A DNA stretch of 64,000 bases from Thermodesulfobacteriota bacterium (GCA_963422265.1 OY729416.1:768001-832000), one strand, 5' to 3'. Shown: positions 1-10,115, numbered from the stretch's first letter. Numbers and translations are program-made. The notes: generated by a model not told the origin, from the letters alone.

Positions 1-605
1 GTGCGGAGAGAGAATTCAAACTGATCACCGGGCTTCTTGGTATTTATCAATATGGCGCCGCCCGTAACGTTGCGGCCAAACAGTATGCCCTGGGGTCCCC
101 GTAATACCTCGACGCTCTCCAAATCAAAAGTGTCAAGCACGGTGTCAAGGGTTGTTCCCATGTAAACGCCGTCAACGAATACCCCCACCGTTGGGTCAAT
201 AGACGGTATGGAGCTATTGATGCCCAACCCACGAATTGAGAAATTGGCAATGCCTCGCATCGTGCCGGCATCATCCAACGCCACGTTAGGCATCCTTACT
301 GATAGATCGGTTAAATCGCGTATCTTTAATGCGTCAATCTGCTCGGAATCAAAATACTCTACCGACAGCGGCACGTCCTGTATAGACTCTTCTCGCTTTC
401 GCGCGGTAACGACTACTTCTTTCAGCATCACTGACTCCAGAACGCTTTTGTGAGAGCCCTGAGCGTTAACGGAGGTCGGCAGCGCTCCAACGCCTACCGT
501 TAGGAAAGCCCCTAGCACAACAAAAAAGACGCATAGACGCCCCAAACCAAAACCGTCCGACAATCCTTGCCATTGAAACCTAAAATCTCTGCTACCTATA
601 CTCAT
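1..605 (-). CDS. TonB-dependent outer-membrane receptor, N-terminal part (3' end runs off the window)
   Basis: Not in the ORF track. Manual translation from ATG at 605 (GGAGG upstream) gives MSIGSRDFRF...LCVFFVVLGAFLTVGVG (signal-like), then EVVVTARKREESIQDVPLSV (TonB box/plug start), FSIRGLG, VGVFVDGVY and LESVEVLRGPQGILFGRNVTG (plug motifs). Confidence 0.93.
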   Translation of the reverse strand, partial: MSIGSRDFRFQWQGLSDGFGLGRLCVFFVVLGAFLTVGVGALPTSVNAQGSHKSVLESVMLKEVVVTARKREESIQDVPLSVEYFDSEQIDALKIRDLTDLSVRMPNVALDDAGTMRGIANFSIRGLGINSSIPSIDPTVGVFVDGVYMGTTLDTVLDTFDLESVEVLRGPQGILFGRNVTGGAILINTKKPGDQFEFSLR

Positions 606-740
606 CACCACCTTAACCTCCTTTTACTAGAGCAAACACAGCACCTCAATCGCCGATCCTGTTGTTACTTTATAAAGCTCACATATAACACAAGCTCTCC
701 CATCTGACCAACAGGAAAAAACTGCTATCAACAAACCGAA

Positions 741-1508
741 CTAGTTAGCTACCCAGCCTCCATCAACCGATAGCATAGACCCCGTCATAAAAGCAACGTT
801 TTCACTGTCGCAGAGGAACTTTACCGCATGAGCGATCTCCTCCGCTTTCCCAAAGCGTCCAAGGTGAGCGGTGGCTGGCTGTTGTTGCTTTAAGAATCCA
901 TCTACCTCTGGGGCGTTCTTTAAGAACTCTTCTACCATAGGCGTCCAGATAGTTCCCGGGCATATGCAGTTAACCCTTATTCCTTTATCGGCATATTCAA
1001 GAGCCATGCTCCGCGTGAACTGAACTATCGCACCCTTAGTGGAATTATAAGCCGCGGCGCCGGGTATGGCTTTCAGCCCAAGTATTGAAGCGTTGTTTAT
1101 GATCGTCCCGCCCCCTTGTTCAAGCATGTGTGGGATTACGTATTTAGCCATCATAAACGAACCTTTCACGTTGATATTGAAGGCGTAATCCCAATCGTCA
1201 ATAGACGTCTCATGAGTAATGCCAAGAGGCAAGACACCAGCGTTGTTAAACAGAATATCAACCCTACCATACTTGTCCTTGGTATGCTCAACCAGTCCTT
1301 TGCAATCTTCATCCTTTGATACGTCACTAACCACGTAATTTATCTCGCCTGCGACCTCTCCCGCCTCGTCAACAGCCTCCTTCAGAGCCTCTTCGGTTCT
1401 TCCACTGATAACCACTTTAGCGCCTTCCCCGGCAAAGAGATGAGCCGTTACTTTCCCTATCCCAAGACTACCACCCGTAATAATCGTTACCTTATCTTCT
1501 AAGCTCAT
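741..1508 (-). CDS. Classical short-chain dehydrogenase/reductase (SDR)
   Basis: TGGSLGIG, NNAG, YNSTK (YxxxK), RVNCICPG and VDGG motifs. Start placed at the second ATG (1508) from GGAGG spacing; the track uses 1517. Confidence 0.92.
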   Translation of the reverse strand: MSLEDKVTIITGGSLGIGKVTAHLFAGEGAKVVISGRTEEALKEAVDEAGEVAGEINYVVSDVSKDEDCKGLVEHTKDKYGRVDILFNNAGVLPLGITHETSIDDWDYAFNINVKGSFMMAKYVIPHMLEQGGGTIINNASILGLKAIPGAAAYNSTKGAIVQFTRSMALEYADKGIRVNCICPGTIWTPMVEEFLKNAPEVDGFLKQQQPATAHLGRFGKAEEIAHAVKFLCDSENVAFMTGSMLSVDGGWVAN

Positions 1509-1641
1509 AACAAACATCCCTCCCGTATAATTTAGGCTAATTATAGTTAGCGTAATAGTAACGTCAATTTATGATAAGCCCGTAAATGCTCATTATAACA
1601 ATTTAGGGAAGTAATCTCAACAACATTTTTGGTAAATTCGC

Positions 1642-1670
1642 TTGTAGCTTCTGATGAGCTACTTTATAAT
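1642..1670 (+). promoter_or_regulatory. Putative sigma70 promoter for the small ORF at 1701
   Basis: TTGTAG-N17-TATAAT, overlapped by two short inverted repeats (GTAGCT..AGCTAC and ACTTTAT-A-ATAAAGT). Confidence 0.5.
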
Positions 1671-1700
1671 AAAGTCAAATAATGCTAGGCGGAGGGATTA

Positions 1701-1805
1701 ATGAGCACTTCCTCAGACGAACAGCAACAGAACATGGGGGCGTTCCTACTGGTTCTTGCCCTTATACTTTTCGCGGTTTTATCAGTATATTGTCTATTTA
1801 GCTAA
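1701..1805 (+). CDS. Putative 34-aa single-transmembrane small protein
   Basis: GGAGG 5 nt before ATG. Translation MSTSSDEQQQNMGAFLLVLALILFAVLSVYCLFS* has a polar N-terminus plus one hydrophobic helix. Below the ORF-track cutoff. Confidence 0.55.
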   Translation: MSTSSDEQQQNMGAFLLVLALILFAVLSVYCLFS

Positions 1806-2046
1806 CGCAGGGAAGCTTTTCTCGTTCCCAGTTTGTATATCTATGCGTAGCGCAGGTAGGTTCCCAAAACAATCGGGGATTAACACGGGGCAAGTCAGAA
1901 CACCCTTCTGCCTTTACCATAGGGCAAAGGAGAATGTAGTTTCATAAACATCTATAGGTGTGCCTATCCATCTTTTTCTTCAATCCGTTGTTATTTTATT
2001 GTTTTGGATAATACCTAAAATTATCAATACTATGTATAGAATAAGT

Positions 2047-2712
2047 CTAGACCAATATATTAGATCCTCTTTCTTTGGCTTTTCGTTCATCAATCTCTTT
2101 TGACTTTGGAACGTTCATGCCACGCCTGACTGGGGTCCTATCACCCACAACGTCTAGCCACCTTCTTAGGTTACTAAGATCATCAATTTCAACGCCAGCC
2201 CATTCGTGAAGAGTAATCCAGGGATAGGTTGATATATCCGCAACTGAATAAAAGTCGCCCCCTATATACTCACTATTGCTAAGTCGGTTATCAAGCACTT
2301 CATATAGCCTTCTCGTCTCTCTTTGATAACGACTAATGGCATATTCAATCTTTTCAGGAACGTATCTGTAGAAAACATTCGCCTGACCCTGCATCGGACC
2401 GATTCCCGCCATCTGAAATATAAGCCATTGGATAACTCGCGAACGGCTTTTTACGTCCGAGGGCAAGAGCTTGCCAGTTCTCTCGGCAAGATAGATTAAT
2501 ATCGCCCCCGATTCAAAGACGGAAAAACCACCATTATCATGATCTATAATGGTTGGGATTCTGCCATTCGGGTTTAATTGCAGATACCAATCCTCCTTTT
2601 GCTCCATTTTGGAGAGGCTCACGTGCTTTACGCTATAAGGAAGGCCAATTTCTTCAAGCATAATAGAAACCTTCCTTCCATTTGGAGTTCTAGAAGTATA
2701 AAGATCAATCAT
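2047..2712 (-). CDS. Glutathione S-transferase family protein (YfcG/YghU-like, Nu class)
   Basis: [32 protein letters not shown] and YSVADI motifs. Confidence 0.9.
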   Translation of the reverse strand: MIDLYTSRTPNGRKVSIMLEEIGLPYSVKHVSLSKMEQKEDWYLQLNPNGRIPTIIDHDNGGFSVFESGAILIYLAERTGKLLPSDVKSRSRVIQWLIFQMAGIGPMQGQANVFYRYVPEKIEYAISRYQRETRRLYEVLDNRLSNSEYIGGDFYSVADISTYPWITLHEWAGVEIDDLSNLRRWLDVVGDRTPVRRGMNVPKSKEIDERKAKERGSNILV

Positions 2713-2721
2713 AGCTCAAAA

Positions 2722-3978
2722 TTACCTACACCAAGTGGGAAACGCCTTGCCCCCGCCTCTACCCAACCGCACTTGGTTTTCACCGTTCAGATACATCATA
2801 TATATATCTTTAACCGCGGTTCTAGTTGAAGTAAAAGCGAGGTAATAACCATCAGGAGACCAGGAAGGATTCTCATTTCTTCCCGAACCGAAAGTAAGCC
2901 TTTGCTCTCCGGAACCATCAGGGTTTATAATATAAACGTTAGTCCCGCGTTCCAGTTTGACAAAGGCTATCTTATTAACTTTTTTATTTGGAGACCAGGA
3001 AGGATCTGTGCTATAACCACCCGACGTTATTTTTTTCAACCCTTTTCCATTTGAGCGCATTACGTATATCTGAGGTCTCCCACTCCTATCCGATACAAAT
3101 GCTATCATACTACCATCGGGAGACCACGTCGGAGAGACGTCTATAGAATTGCTTCTTGTTAGGTTAACCGCTCCCTTCCCACTCTGTCCTGAGACGTATA
3201 TATCGCCATTTGCACTAAAAGCCAACAGTCTTGCGCTGGGAGACCACTCTGCGCTTTGTTCTAGCCTAAGCGCACGCGTCAACCTCTTCTCAGACAATCT
3301 AGGGTGCAACGTGGCGACGTATAGGTCTTGATCCCAAATTTTATCGGAGTTAAATACTATTTTATCCCCAGCAGGAGAGCAATGTGGAGACATTACAAGT
3401 GAGTTGTGTTTGGTTAGCCTAAGGACATTACTCCCGTCATAATCCATTATGAATAGATCTCTATTGCCCTTTCTACCTAATACAAAAGCTATCTTAGAAG
3501 TAAAGAACCCTTTCTTGCCAGTAACCCCTTCCATAACGAGGCCCGCAAACCTATGCGCAGCCTCTCTTACCCTGCCGGGTGAGGAATCGTAAGAGCGTCC
3601 AAGAACAGGCCTCCCCTCCCTAACATTGTAAAGTCTTACCGCAAATTCTACTTTGCCTGCACCTGCCCTATACTGCCCGGCTATTAAATAGTCAACGCCA
3701 GTATCTAAAAACTCCTGATAGTTTATATTGTTGACGTCCCTTATCGTTTCTCTACTTTCAACAACGTCAAACAACGCAGCATTATCCAGATCATTCTTCA
3801 GCACTTCTATAAATTCCCTACCCATAGGACTCGCTTTGCCCACGCTACTAAGTTCATGTATAAGGATCGGCAACTTCCGCACTATAGGACCCGTTACGTC
3901 AGGGAGCTTTATCTGCGAGAACGCCGATTCTGAAACGGCGAACAACATGGAAAATGCAAGAAGTATCTTATAAAGCAT
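2722..3978 (-). CDS. tolB: TolB-like periplasmic beta-propeller protein
   Basis: Signal peptide, TolB N-domain (NDLDNAALF...AAHRFA...TGKKGFFTSKIAFV), MDYDG, and repeated PxWSPDG (PD40) blades. Confidence 0.82.
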   Translation of the reverse strand: MLYKILLAFSMLFAVSESAFSQIKLPDVTGPIVRKLPILIHELSSVGKASPMGREFIEVLKNDLDNAALFDVVESRETIRDVNNINYQEFLDTGVDYLIAGQYRAGAGKVEFAVRLYNVREGRPVLGRSYDSSPGRVREAAHRFAGLVMEGVTGKKGFFTSKIAFVLGRKGNRDLFIMDYDGSNVLRLTKHNSLVMSPHCSPAGDKIVFNSDKIWDQDLYVATLHPRLSEKRLTRALRLEQSAEWSPSARLLAFSANGDIYVSGQSGKGAVNLTRSNSIDVSPTWSPDGSMIAFVSDRSGRPQIYVMRSNGKGLKKITSGGYSTDPSWSPNKKVNKIAFVKLERGTNVYIINPDGSGEQRLTFGSGRNENPSWSPDGYYLAFTSTRTAVKDIYMMYLNGENQVRLGRGGGKAFPTWCR

Positions 3979-4107
3979 ATAAAACCTCCGTAATAGCTTT
4001 ATGCGTCAACTTGCCTCTTAACACCTAGAATAAATCCTATATTAATAAAAGATAAAAAGCCAGTTTAATTCAATAAAAGAAGCTATTAAAAAAAGAGACC
4101 CGCATCT

Positions 4108-4707
4108 TTACTCTTCAAGCTCTACGTTCCAATAAGATATATCTACGAAATTGAGAAAAGGCTCCCATTCCTTATATTTAACCGCTCTAATATAAACGTT
4201 TGAGAATGGATCCCAAAGTGGCTTCTTAGGTTTCTTGATCAAACTCATTCGAGACTGCTCGGGAGTTCTTCCACCCTTCTTTCTGTTGCAGCTAATACAA
4301 CAGCAGACGACGTTATCCCAAGTGCTTTTTCCACCCTGTGAGCGAGGGACAACGTGGTCAATAGTCAACTCGGATCGGGAAAACCTCCTAAGGCAATACT
4401 GACACGCGCCGCCGTCTCTTCTAAATATATTCATGCGGTTAAACTTCGCTTCTTTTCTTACAAAACCCTCGTATCTTACCAAAATTATTACCCTCGGAGT
4501 TTTAATTACAGCACTTACCGTTCTAATAGCTTCATCACGCTCTTTTATTGTTGAGATTTCAGACCATGACTCGAAATCAAAGGTTTCATAATCGCTTCCG
4601 ACAGCTTTAGCAGCCCCATTGTAAAGCATAAGAAACGCCCTTCTCACGCTTATGATAGTAACCGGAACAAAGTAGCGATTTAGAACAAGCACGGGGGAGG
4701 TTAACAT
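4108..4707 (-). CDS. HNH endonuclease (McrA/HNH_5-like) with PLMP-like N-terminal domain
   Basis: RDGGACQYC...TIDHVVPRSQGG...NVVCCCISCNRKKG (Zn-binding HNH). N-terminus is VLVLNRYFVP...RRA...G.AK.V. Confidence 0.88.
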   Translation of the reverse strand: MLTSPVLVLNRYFVPVTIISVRRAFLMLYNGAAKAVGSDYETFDFESWSEISTIKERDEAIRTVSAVIKTPRVIILVRYEGFVRKEAKFNRMNIFRRDGGACQYCLRRFSRSELTIDHVVPRSQGGKSTWDNVVCCCISCNRKKGGRTPEQSRMSLIKKPKKPLWDPFSNVYIRAVKYKEWEPFLNFVDISYWNVELEE

Positions 4708-4984
4708 TTAGCCTAATAAATCTAACTATTTTATATGAGTGCTTCAAGTAACTGGCGTTAAAGTCGCATGAATTCGCACGTAGAAACCCGAAGTACAAGC
4801 AACACGTAGAGTAAAACACTTGACTTCTACGTAGTAGCATTCAAATTTGTATCAATGAATACGCTATTTAGTGCTTTTTTAATACAGTTGGGTCTGTGCA
4901 CGATTCCCTTTATTATGATCTTATACCTCACAAAGAAAAATGAAGACCTAAAAGAAAAAATAGACGCTATAAAAGAAAACCATA

Positions 4985-5770
4985 ATGTATCCTGAATTAT
5001 TCAGAATAGGGGACTTAACCTTATCATCTTTTGGCGTAATGATGGCGCTATGTTTTCTAGCTGGATACCTGCTGGTGAACGCAGAAGCGCGAAGAAAGCA
5101 CCTTAACGAAAAGCTAATCAATAATATGTTTCTCGCCTCTATAATAGTCGGCATAGTGGGAGCGAAAATACTTTATCTTCTTGAGAACGTCGCTCTCTCG
5201 GAACTAGTTAATCACCCCCTGCACCATTTCTTTTCAAGGGGGGGATTCACGTTTTACGGTGGATTCTTCGGCGCCCTTGTTATAGTTTGGTCTATAGCCT
5301 ACAAACACAAGATCAACGCCTGGTCTATAGGGGACGTGGCGGCTCCAGCCCTTGCGCTCGCCTATTCAATAGGTAGGATCGGCTGCTTGCTCGTCGGTGA
5401 TGATTATGGAACCCGGTGTGACCTTCCTTGGGCTATGGCTTTCCCCAAAGGCACACCGCCAACGACAGAGACGGTGCATCCTACTCAAATATATGAAACG
5501 GTAACAATGTTCATAGTGTTTCTGTATTTATGGAGAGCAAGAAAAAAAAACAAACCCGACGGATGGCTTTTTTCGATATACCTCGTCTTAGCCGGTTGTG
5601 AAAGATTCCTTATTGAATTCATTAGAAATACAACGCCTAGCCCTATACTGAACCTATCCATAGCGCAGGTTATGGCAATAGTAATAATCATCGTGGGAGC
5701 CGTCAAGCTTTACTCAACCCATTATACGGCAGAGCCTGGCAAAAGCGCTTCAAGCCCAACGGTGCCATAG
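4985..5770 (+). CDS. lgt: Prolipoprotein diacylglyceryl transferase
   Basis: MYPEL start, GGFTFYGG, IGRIGC, LPWAM.FP and HPTQIYE motifs; multiple TM helices. Confidence 0.93.
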   Translation: MYPELFRIGDLTLSSFGVMMALCFLAGYLLVNAEARRKHLNEKLINNMFLASIIVGIVGAKILYLLENVALSELVNHPLHHFFSRGGFTFYGGFFGALVIVWSIAYKHKINAWSIGDVAAPALALAYSIGRIGCLLVGDDYGTRCDLPWAMAFPKGTPPTTETVHPTQIYETVTMFIVFLYLWRARKKNKPDGWLFSIYLVLAGCERFLIEFIRNTTPSPILNLSIAQVMAIVIIIVGAVKLYSTHYTAEPGKSASSPTVP

Positions 5771-5791
5771 ATAAAATGAGAAAACCAGCTT

Positions 5792-7381
5792 GTGAACGCT
5801 ATGCCCAAGATCAATAGGCGAGACTTTATTCTATGCTCAATAACGGGAGCTCTATTTCCGCTTACGTTTATGGTTGCATATTTAGGCGTTCTATCGTGGG
5901 TGTTGCTTATTCCTTTCTTCCTAGCAATAGAAAAAAAATCATCTCGGGACGCCTTTATCTTAGGGGTTCTGACGGGAATAATCGTAAACTTTATCGGTGC
6001 CTACTGGCTTGTAGGAACCCTTAGCAGGTTCGGCGGTTTCCCTATTATTATAAGCTTTATTTTTATAGTTATATTAAGCGCTTACTCAGGACTATCACTG
6101 GGAATATTCTCCTACATAGCGGCGAGATTCGGATTTTTTAGAAGACAGGGAATAGTTTCAGCCCTTCTGATAGCTTCTCTATGGACGTCAGTAGAATTTC
6201 TGTTTCCCTTTCTCTTTCCCTACGCGATAGGCAACACCCAGGCTGACTATATACCCATTATTCAAATCGTTGACCTTTTCGGTATATATGCCCTGAGCTT
6301 TATTATCGTGATTGCCAACGTAACGGTAATGAGAACATTAAAGCTCCTCACGAGAAGCGGGCGCGTTCCCACCCTTGAGGCTATTGCGGCGCTCGTCCTG
6401 ATCACTCTAACGTTGTCATATGGGTATTGGAAAATAAAACAGGTGAACAAAGGGATAGCGGAAGCCGATAAAATCAAAATAGGCATGGTGCAGGCAAATT
6501 TTGACTTCCTTGAAAAAACGGAAAACCTCGAGCCTATCGTAACGGAAAGACACAAGCAGATGTCCCGCGGATTGGAATCGGCGGACGTAATTATCTGGCC
6601 AGAGACCGCACTGCAGGCATGGTTCCCAACTTCCTCTGACCATTTAATGGTAAGGGGCGAAATGGGAGTGCCCAGCATGGAAGGAAAATACTTTATAGTG
6701 GGGGGGATGTCCCACACGCTAGCCAATCCCGACTCAGGAATAACTACCGAAGAGAACATCACAGCCTACAATACAGCCTTTCTGACTGATTCAAACGGGC
6801 TGATCTTAGGCAGGTATCATAAAATTAAACTTTTGCTCTTTGGAGAATACCTGCCCTTTGCAAAATATTTTCCCTTTCTCAAACGAATAAGCCCTGCTTC
6901 CGGCGACTTTACGCCTGGGGATGAGCTCAATTTACTTAGTATCAAAGAAAAGAGTGTCCGCATAGCACCCATTATATGTTATGAGGATATAATTCCATCG
7001 TTTAGCAGAAAATTCGTGAACAAGGGCGCTAACCTGATAGTGAACATCACTAACGACGCATGGTTTGGAAAAACTATAGCTCCCTACCAACACCTGTTTA
7101 TATCAATACCTAGGGCTATTGAGACCAGAAAATATCTCGTGAGATCTACAAACACAGGGATCAGCGCAATTATAGACCCAGTGGGAAGAGTAGTCCAGAA
7201 AACCGATACGTTTGTGCAAACTAACGTTGAGGGAGAAGTAGGTATTATGGAAGGAGAAAAAACACTATACGTAAAAATAGGAGATGTCTTTCCTATAGCT
7301 TGTCTTATTTTTTTGCTAGGCTTTACCGCGGTGGAAAGATTATATGGTGCGCAAAGATTAAGAGGAAAGAACGTCTCGTAA
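5792..7381 (+). CDS. lnt: Apolipoprotein N-acyltransferase
   Basis: N-terminal TM domain plus nitrilase triad motifs WPETA, YHK..L.FGEY and ICYED; NITNDAWFG; RSTNTGIS. Confidence 0.95.
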   Translation: MNAMPKINRRDFILCSITGALFPLTFMVAYLGVLSWVLLIPFFLAIEKKSSRDAFILGVLTGIIVNFIGAYWLVGTLSRFGGFPIIISFIFIVILSAYSGLSLGIFSYIAARFGFFRRQGIVSALLIASLWTSVEFLFPFLFPYAIGNTQADYIPIIQIVDLFGIYALSFIIVIANVTVMRTLKLLTRSGRVPTLEAIAALVLITLTLSYGYWKIKQVNKGIAEADKIKIGMVQANFDFLEKTENLEPIVTERHKQMSRGLESADVIIWPETALQAWFPTSSDHLMVRGEMGVPSMEGKYFIVGGMSHTLANPDSGITTEENITAYNTAFLTDSNGLILGRYHKIKLLLFGEYLPFAKYFPFLKRISPASGDFTPGDELNLLSIKEKSVRIAPIICYEDIIPSFSRKFVNKGANLIVNITNDAWFGKTIAPYQHLFISIPRAIETRKYLVRSTNTGISAIIDPVGRVVQKTDTFVQTNVEGEVGIMEGEKTLYVKIGDVFPIACLIFLLGFTAVERLYGAQRLRGKNVS

Positions 7382-8455
7382 AGCTATCAAAAAAGCCTCA
7401 TTCTCATGCGGCGCTCCGATTGTAACTCGCAGGCAATTCTTTAGCCTCCCCAGGCTATGAAAATTTCTTATCAAAACGCCTTTTTTTATCAGCTTATTAA
7501 ATATAACGCCTGCGCCTTTCACTCTGAAAAATATAAAATTGGCATCGCTCCTATACACGTCTAAGCCACCAATTTCAGAGAGTCTATCGTAAACTCTATG
7601 CCTCTCTTTGAGAATAAGCTGAACATTTTCATTGACAAACTCGAGATCGTTAAGAATGACTTCAGCAACCTCCTGACTTAAGGAGTTAACATTATAGGGG
7701 TAACGAACTTTGTTTATTTCACGAACAAGACCTTCTCTGGCATACAAAATACCGAGCCTCAAACCGGCAAAGCCAACTTTGGACAACGTCCTTAATATGA
7801 CAAGATTGTCGTATTCCTCTAAAAGAGGCATAAACGTATGTCCGCTGAAATCAGAGTATGCCTCGTCAATTACTACGACCCCTTCCGAGCAATCCAAAAT
7901 CTCTCTTATCTTGCTACTTGAAAACGCATTACCCGTAGGATTATTCGGTGACGCTAGGAAAATTAGATCAGGGTTGTTTTTGTTAATAGCTTCAATTGTT
8001 ACCGCGCTATCAATATCAAATTGCTCGTCAAGCGGAAGCTCTATCAACTCCATACCCATTGCTAAGCCCGTCAATCCATACATGGAGAAAGTAGGCGTGG
8101 GATATAAGATTTTTTTAGTTCCTCCTGAAAAAGTGGTTATAAGCATTCCAATAAGCTCATCTGAGCCGTTACCCAAGAGTATTCTATCTTTGGAAAAGCC
8201 GCTTACCTTTGAGATGATATTCCTTAAGTTCTTTGCCTCAGGATCGGGATATCTATTAACTTCAACCTTTCTGATTGCATTTTGAACCATAGTCTCTAGC
8301 CCTTTGGAGAGAGCAAAGGGACTTTCATTCCCATCCAACCTTACGGCACAGTCAAGCCGCGGGGCAGAGTAAGCTGAAAGCTCACGTAAAGACTTCCTCA
8401 CCCTTGATTCTATAAGCCTTGCCTCAGTTATTTGATTCGTTTTCTGTTGGCTCAT
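7358..8455 (-). CDS. hisC: Histidinol-phosphate aminotransferase
   Basis: LDGNESP, NRYPD, GNGSDE, SPNNPTG, DEAY and RTLSK (PLP lysine); downstream of hisD. Confidence 0.95.
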   Translation of the reverse strand: MSQQKTNQITEARLIESRVRKSLRELSAYSAPRLDCAVRLDGNESPFALSKGLETMVQNAIRKVEVNRYPDPEAKNLRNIISKVSGFSKDRILLGNGSDELIGMLITTFSGGTKKILYPTPTFSMYGLTGLAMGMELIELPLDEQFDIDSAVTIEAINKNNPDLIFLASPNNPTGNAFSSSKIREILDCSEGVVVIDEAYSDFSGHTFMPLLEEYDNLVILRTLSKVGFAGLRLGILYAREGLVREINKVRYPYNVNSLSQEVAEVILNDLEFVNENVQLILKERHRVYDRLSEIGGLDVYRSDANFIFFRVKGAGVIFNKLIKKGVLIRNFHSLGRLKNCLRVTIGAPHENEAFLIALRDVLSS

Positions 8456-8545
8456 TTTGAGTGTTTCCGAAAGATTCGTCGCCGCCGCTTAACAGCTACG
8501 TTCCCACGTGCACTATTAAGCTGGGATAACCTAAAAACCCTTATA

Positions 8546-9838
8546 TTAAGCTTGGTTAGATCGCACTTTAACTGAAAGGGCGTGCGCCTCGAGACTCTCG
8601 CTGTAGGCAAGGTTCATAACTGAGTCACTTAAACTATCAAATCCTTCCTTTGAAATTGAGATTACGCTTGGCATTCTCAAGAAATTATAAACGCTCAGAG
8701 GAGAGGAAAACCTTGCGGAGCCTCCAGTGGGTAAAACGTGGCTGGGTCCTGCAATGTAATCGCCAAACGCCTCCGTTGACATTGAGCCTAGAAAAATTGC
8801 CCCAGCGTGTTTGACCTTGCTAAGAAGATTTTTAGGATTTTTCACGCAAAGCTCAAGGTGCTCCGGAGCTAAAGCATTTGCAATCTCCACCGCTTGATCC
8901 ATAGTTTTAACAACAAACGCCCTGCCTTGGCTCTTAACCGACTCGGAGGCAATATGCCTTCTTGATAGATTGCTCAATTGTGATGCAACCTCTTTAGCTA
9001 CTTCCTTAGCAAAGTTAGGTGAAGTCGTAACCAAAATGGGCACTGCCATTTCGTCATGTTCGGCTTGAGCCAATAGATCAGCCGCTATCCAGCTTGCAGG
9101 AGCGCTCCCATCAGCAATGATCAACACCTCGCTCGGGCCAGCGATCATATCAATATCAACTTCGCCATACACGAGCTTCTTTGCAATCGTAACGTATATA
9201 TTCCCAGGTCCAACAATAACGTCCACCTTGGGAACTGACTCTGTGCCGTAGGCTAGAGCCGCTATTGCTTGAGCCCCTCCAATTTTGTAAATAGAATCGA
9301 CTTCCGCTATCTTTGCAGCTACTAAAACCACAGGGTTTATCTCGCCATTCGGGCAAGGGGTAACCAAAACAACGTCCCTAACCCCCGCCACCTTTGCTGG
9401 TATAGCGGTCATTAGCACCGTTGATGGATATGCAGCCTTTCCACCTGGAACGTATAGACCTGCTCTCTCAACGGGACGTATAATCCAACCGAGTTCATTA
9501 CCTAGATTATCCTTGAAAGTATTTTCAAGCGGAAGTTTTTGATTATGAAAATTGTGTATCCTCTCAGCGGCGGATAAAAGGTCTGACTTCAATCGTTGAG
9601 AAACGCTGGATTCTGCTTTCTCAATTTCTTTTGACGTTACTTTAACCTTTCTTGGGCTAAGTTCTACGTTGTCTAATCTCTTAGAATAAGTAAAAAGCGC
9701 CCTATCTCCATCTCTTCTAACGTCATCAATAATCTTTCTGGTGGTAGATTCAAGCTCTTTATCTCTAAGGGATGAGCTTCTCCTTAGACTTTTTAGCTGT
9801 TCGTCAAGATTTTTTTTATTTATCCGCACTATCTTCAT
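8546..9838 (-). CDS. hisD: Histidinol dehydrogenase
   Basis: [44 protein letters not shown] and [13 protein letters not shown] motifs. Confidence 0.97.
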   Translation of the reverse strand: MKIVRINKKNLDEQLKSLRRSSSLRDKELESTTRKIIDDVRRDGDRALFTYSKRLDNVELSPRKVKVTSKEIEKAESSVSQRLKSDLLSAAERIHNFHNQKLPLENTFKDNLGNELGWIIRPVERAGLYVPGGKAAYPSTVLMTAIPAKVAGVRDVVLVTPCPNGEINPVVLVAAKIAEVDSIYKIGGAQAIAALAYGTESVPKVDVIVGPGNIYVTIAKKLVYGEVDIDMIAGPSEVLIIADGSAPASWIAADLLAQAEHDEMAVPILVTTSPNFAKEVAKEVASQLSNLSRRHIASESVKSQGRAFVVKTMDQAVEIANALAPEHLELCVKNPKNLLSKVKHAGAIFLGSMSTEAFGDYIAGPSHVLPTGGSARFSSPLSVYNFLRMPSVISISKEGFDSLSDSVMNLAYSESLEAHALSVKVRSNQA

Positions 9839-9932
9839 AGTGAAGTGGGATTATACATAGTAAACGGGGTAATCAAAAGAAAAACCTACGTTCCAGAATA
9901 TATCCGCAGATTACGGTTTGGGAAGATGGCTT

Positions 9933-10115
9933 GGAATGACAGAAGGAGGAAACTCGTTCCCCGTTTCTCTGTCAAATCCCCCTTTTCTAAAGGGGGAAAG
10001 CAAAGGAACTGGATTCCCGTTCAAGGCGGGAATGACAGAGATAGGAGGCAGAGGTAGCGTAGAAGGACGGACCCTCGCGATTGTCCTGAACCTGTTGAAG
10101 CAGGGTTACCCCTAC
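9933..10115. repeat. Cluster of several REP-like palindromic elements in the hisD / 10346 intergenic region
   Basis: TCCCCCTTT-TCT-AAAGGGGGA (9977-9997); CTGGATTCCCG-TTCAAGG-CGGGAATGAC (10009-10036) with a half copy GGAATGACAGA at 9933; a GTAG...CCCCTAC-bounded element (10059-10115). Confidence 0.65.

Noticed and set aside
1651-1680. CTGATGA followed by a hairpin, resembling a hammerhead ribozyme core
   Set aside because: No correctly placed GAAA after stem II and no stems I/III; better explained as promoter/operator DNA.
7358-7381. 24-nt overlap of lnt and hisC 3' ends
   Set aside because: Short convergent overlaps are common in compact genomes; no sign of a frameshift.
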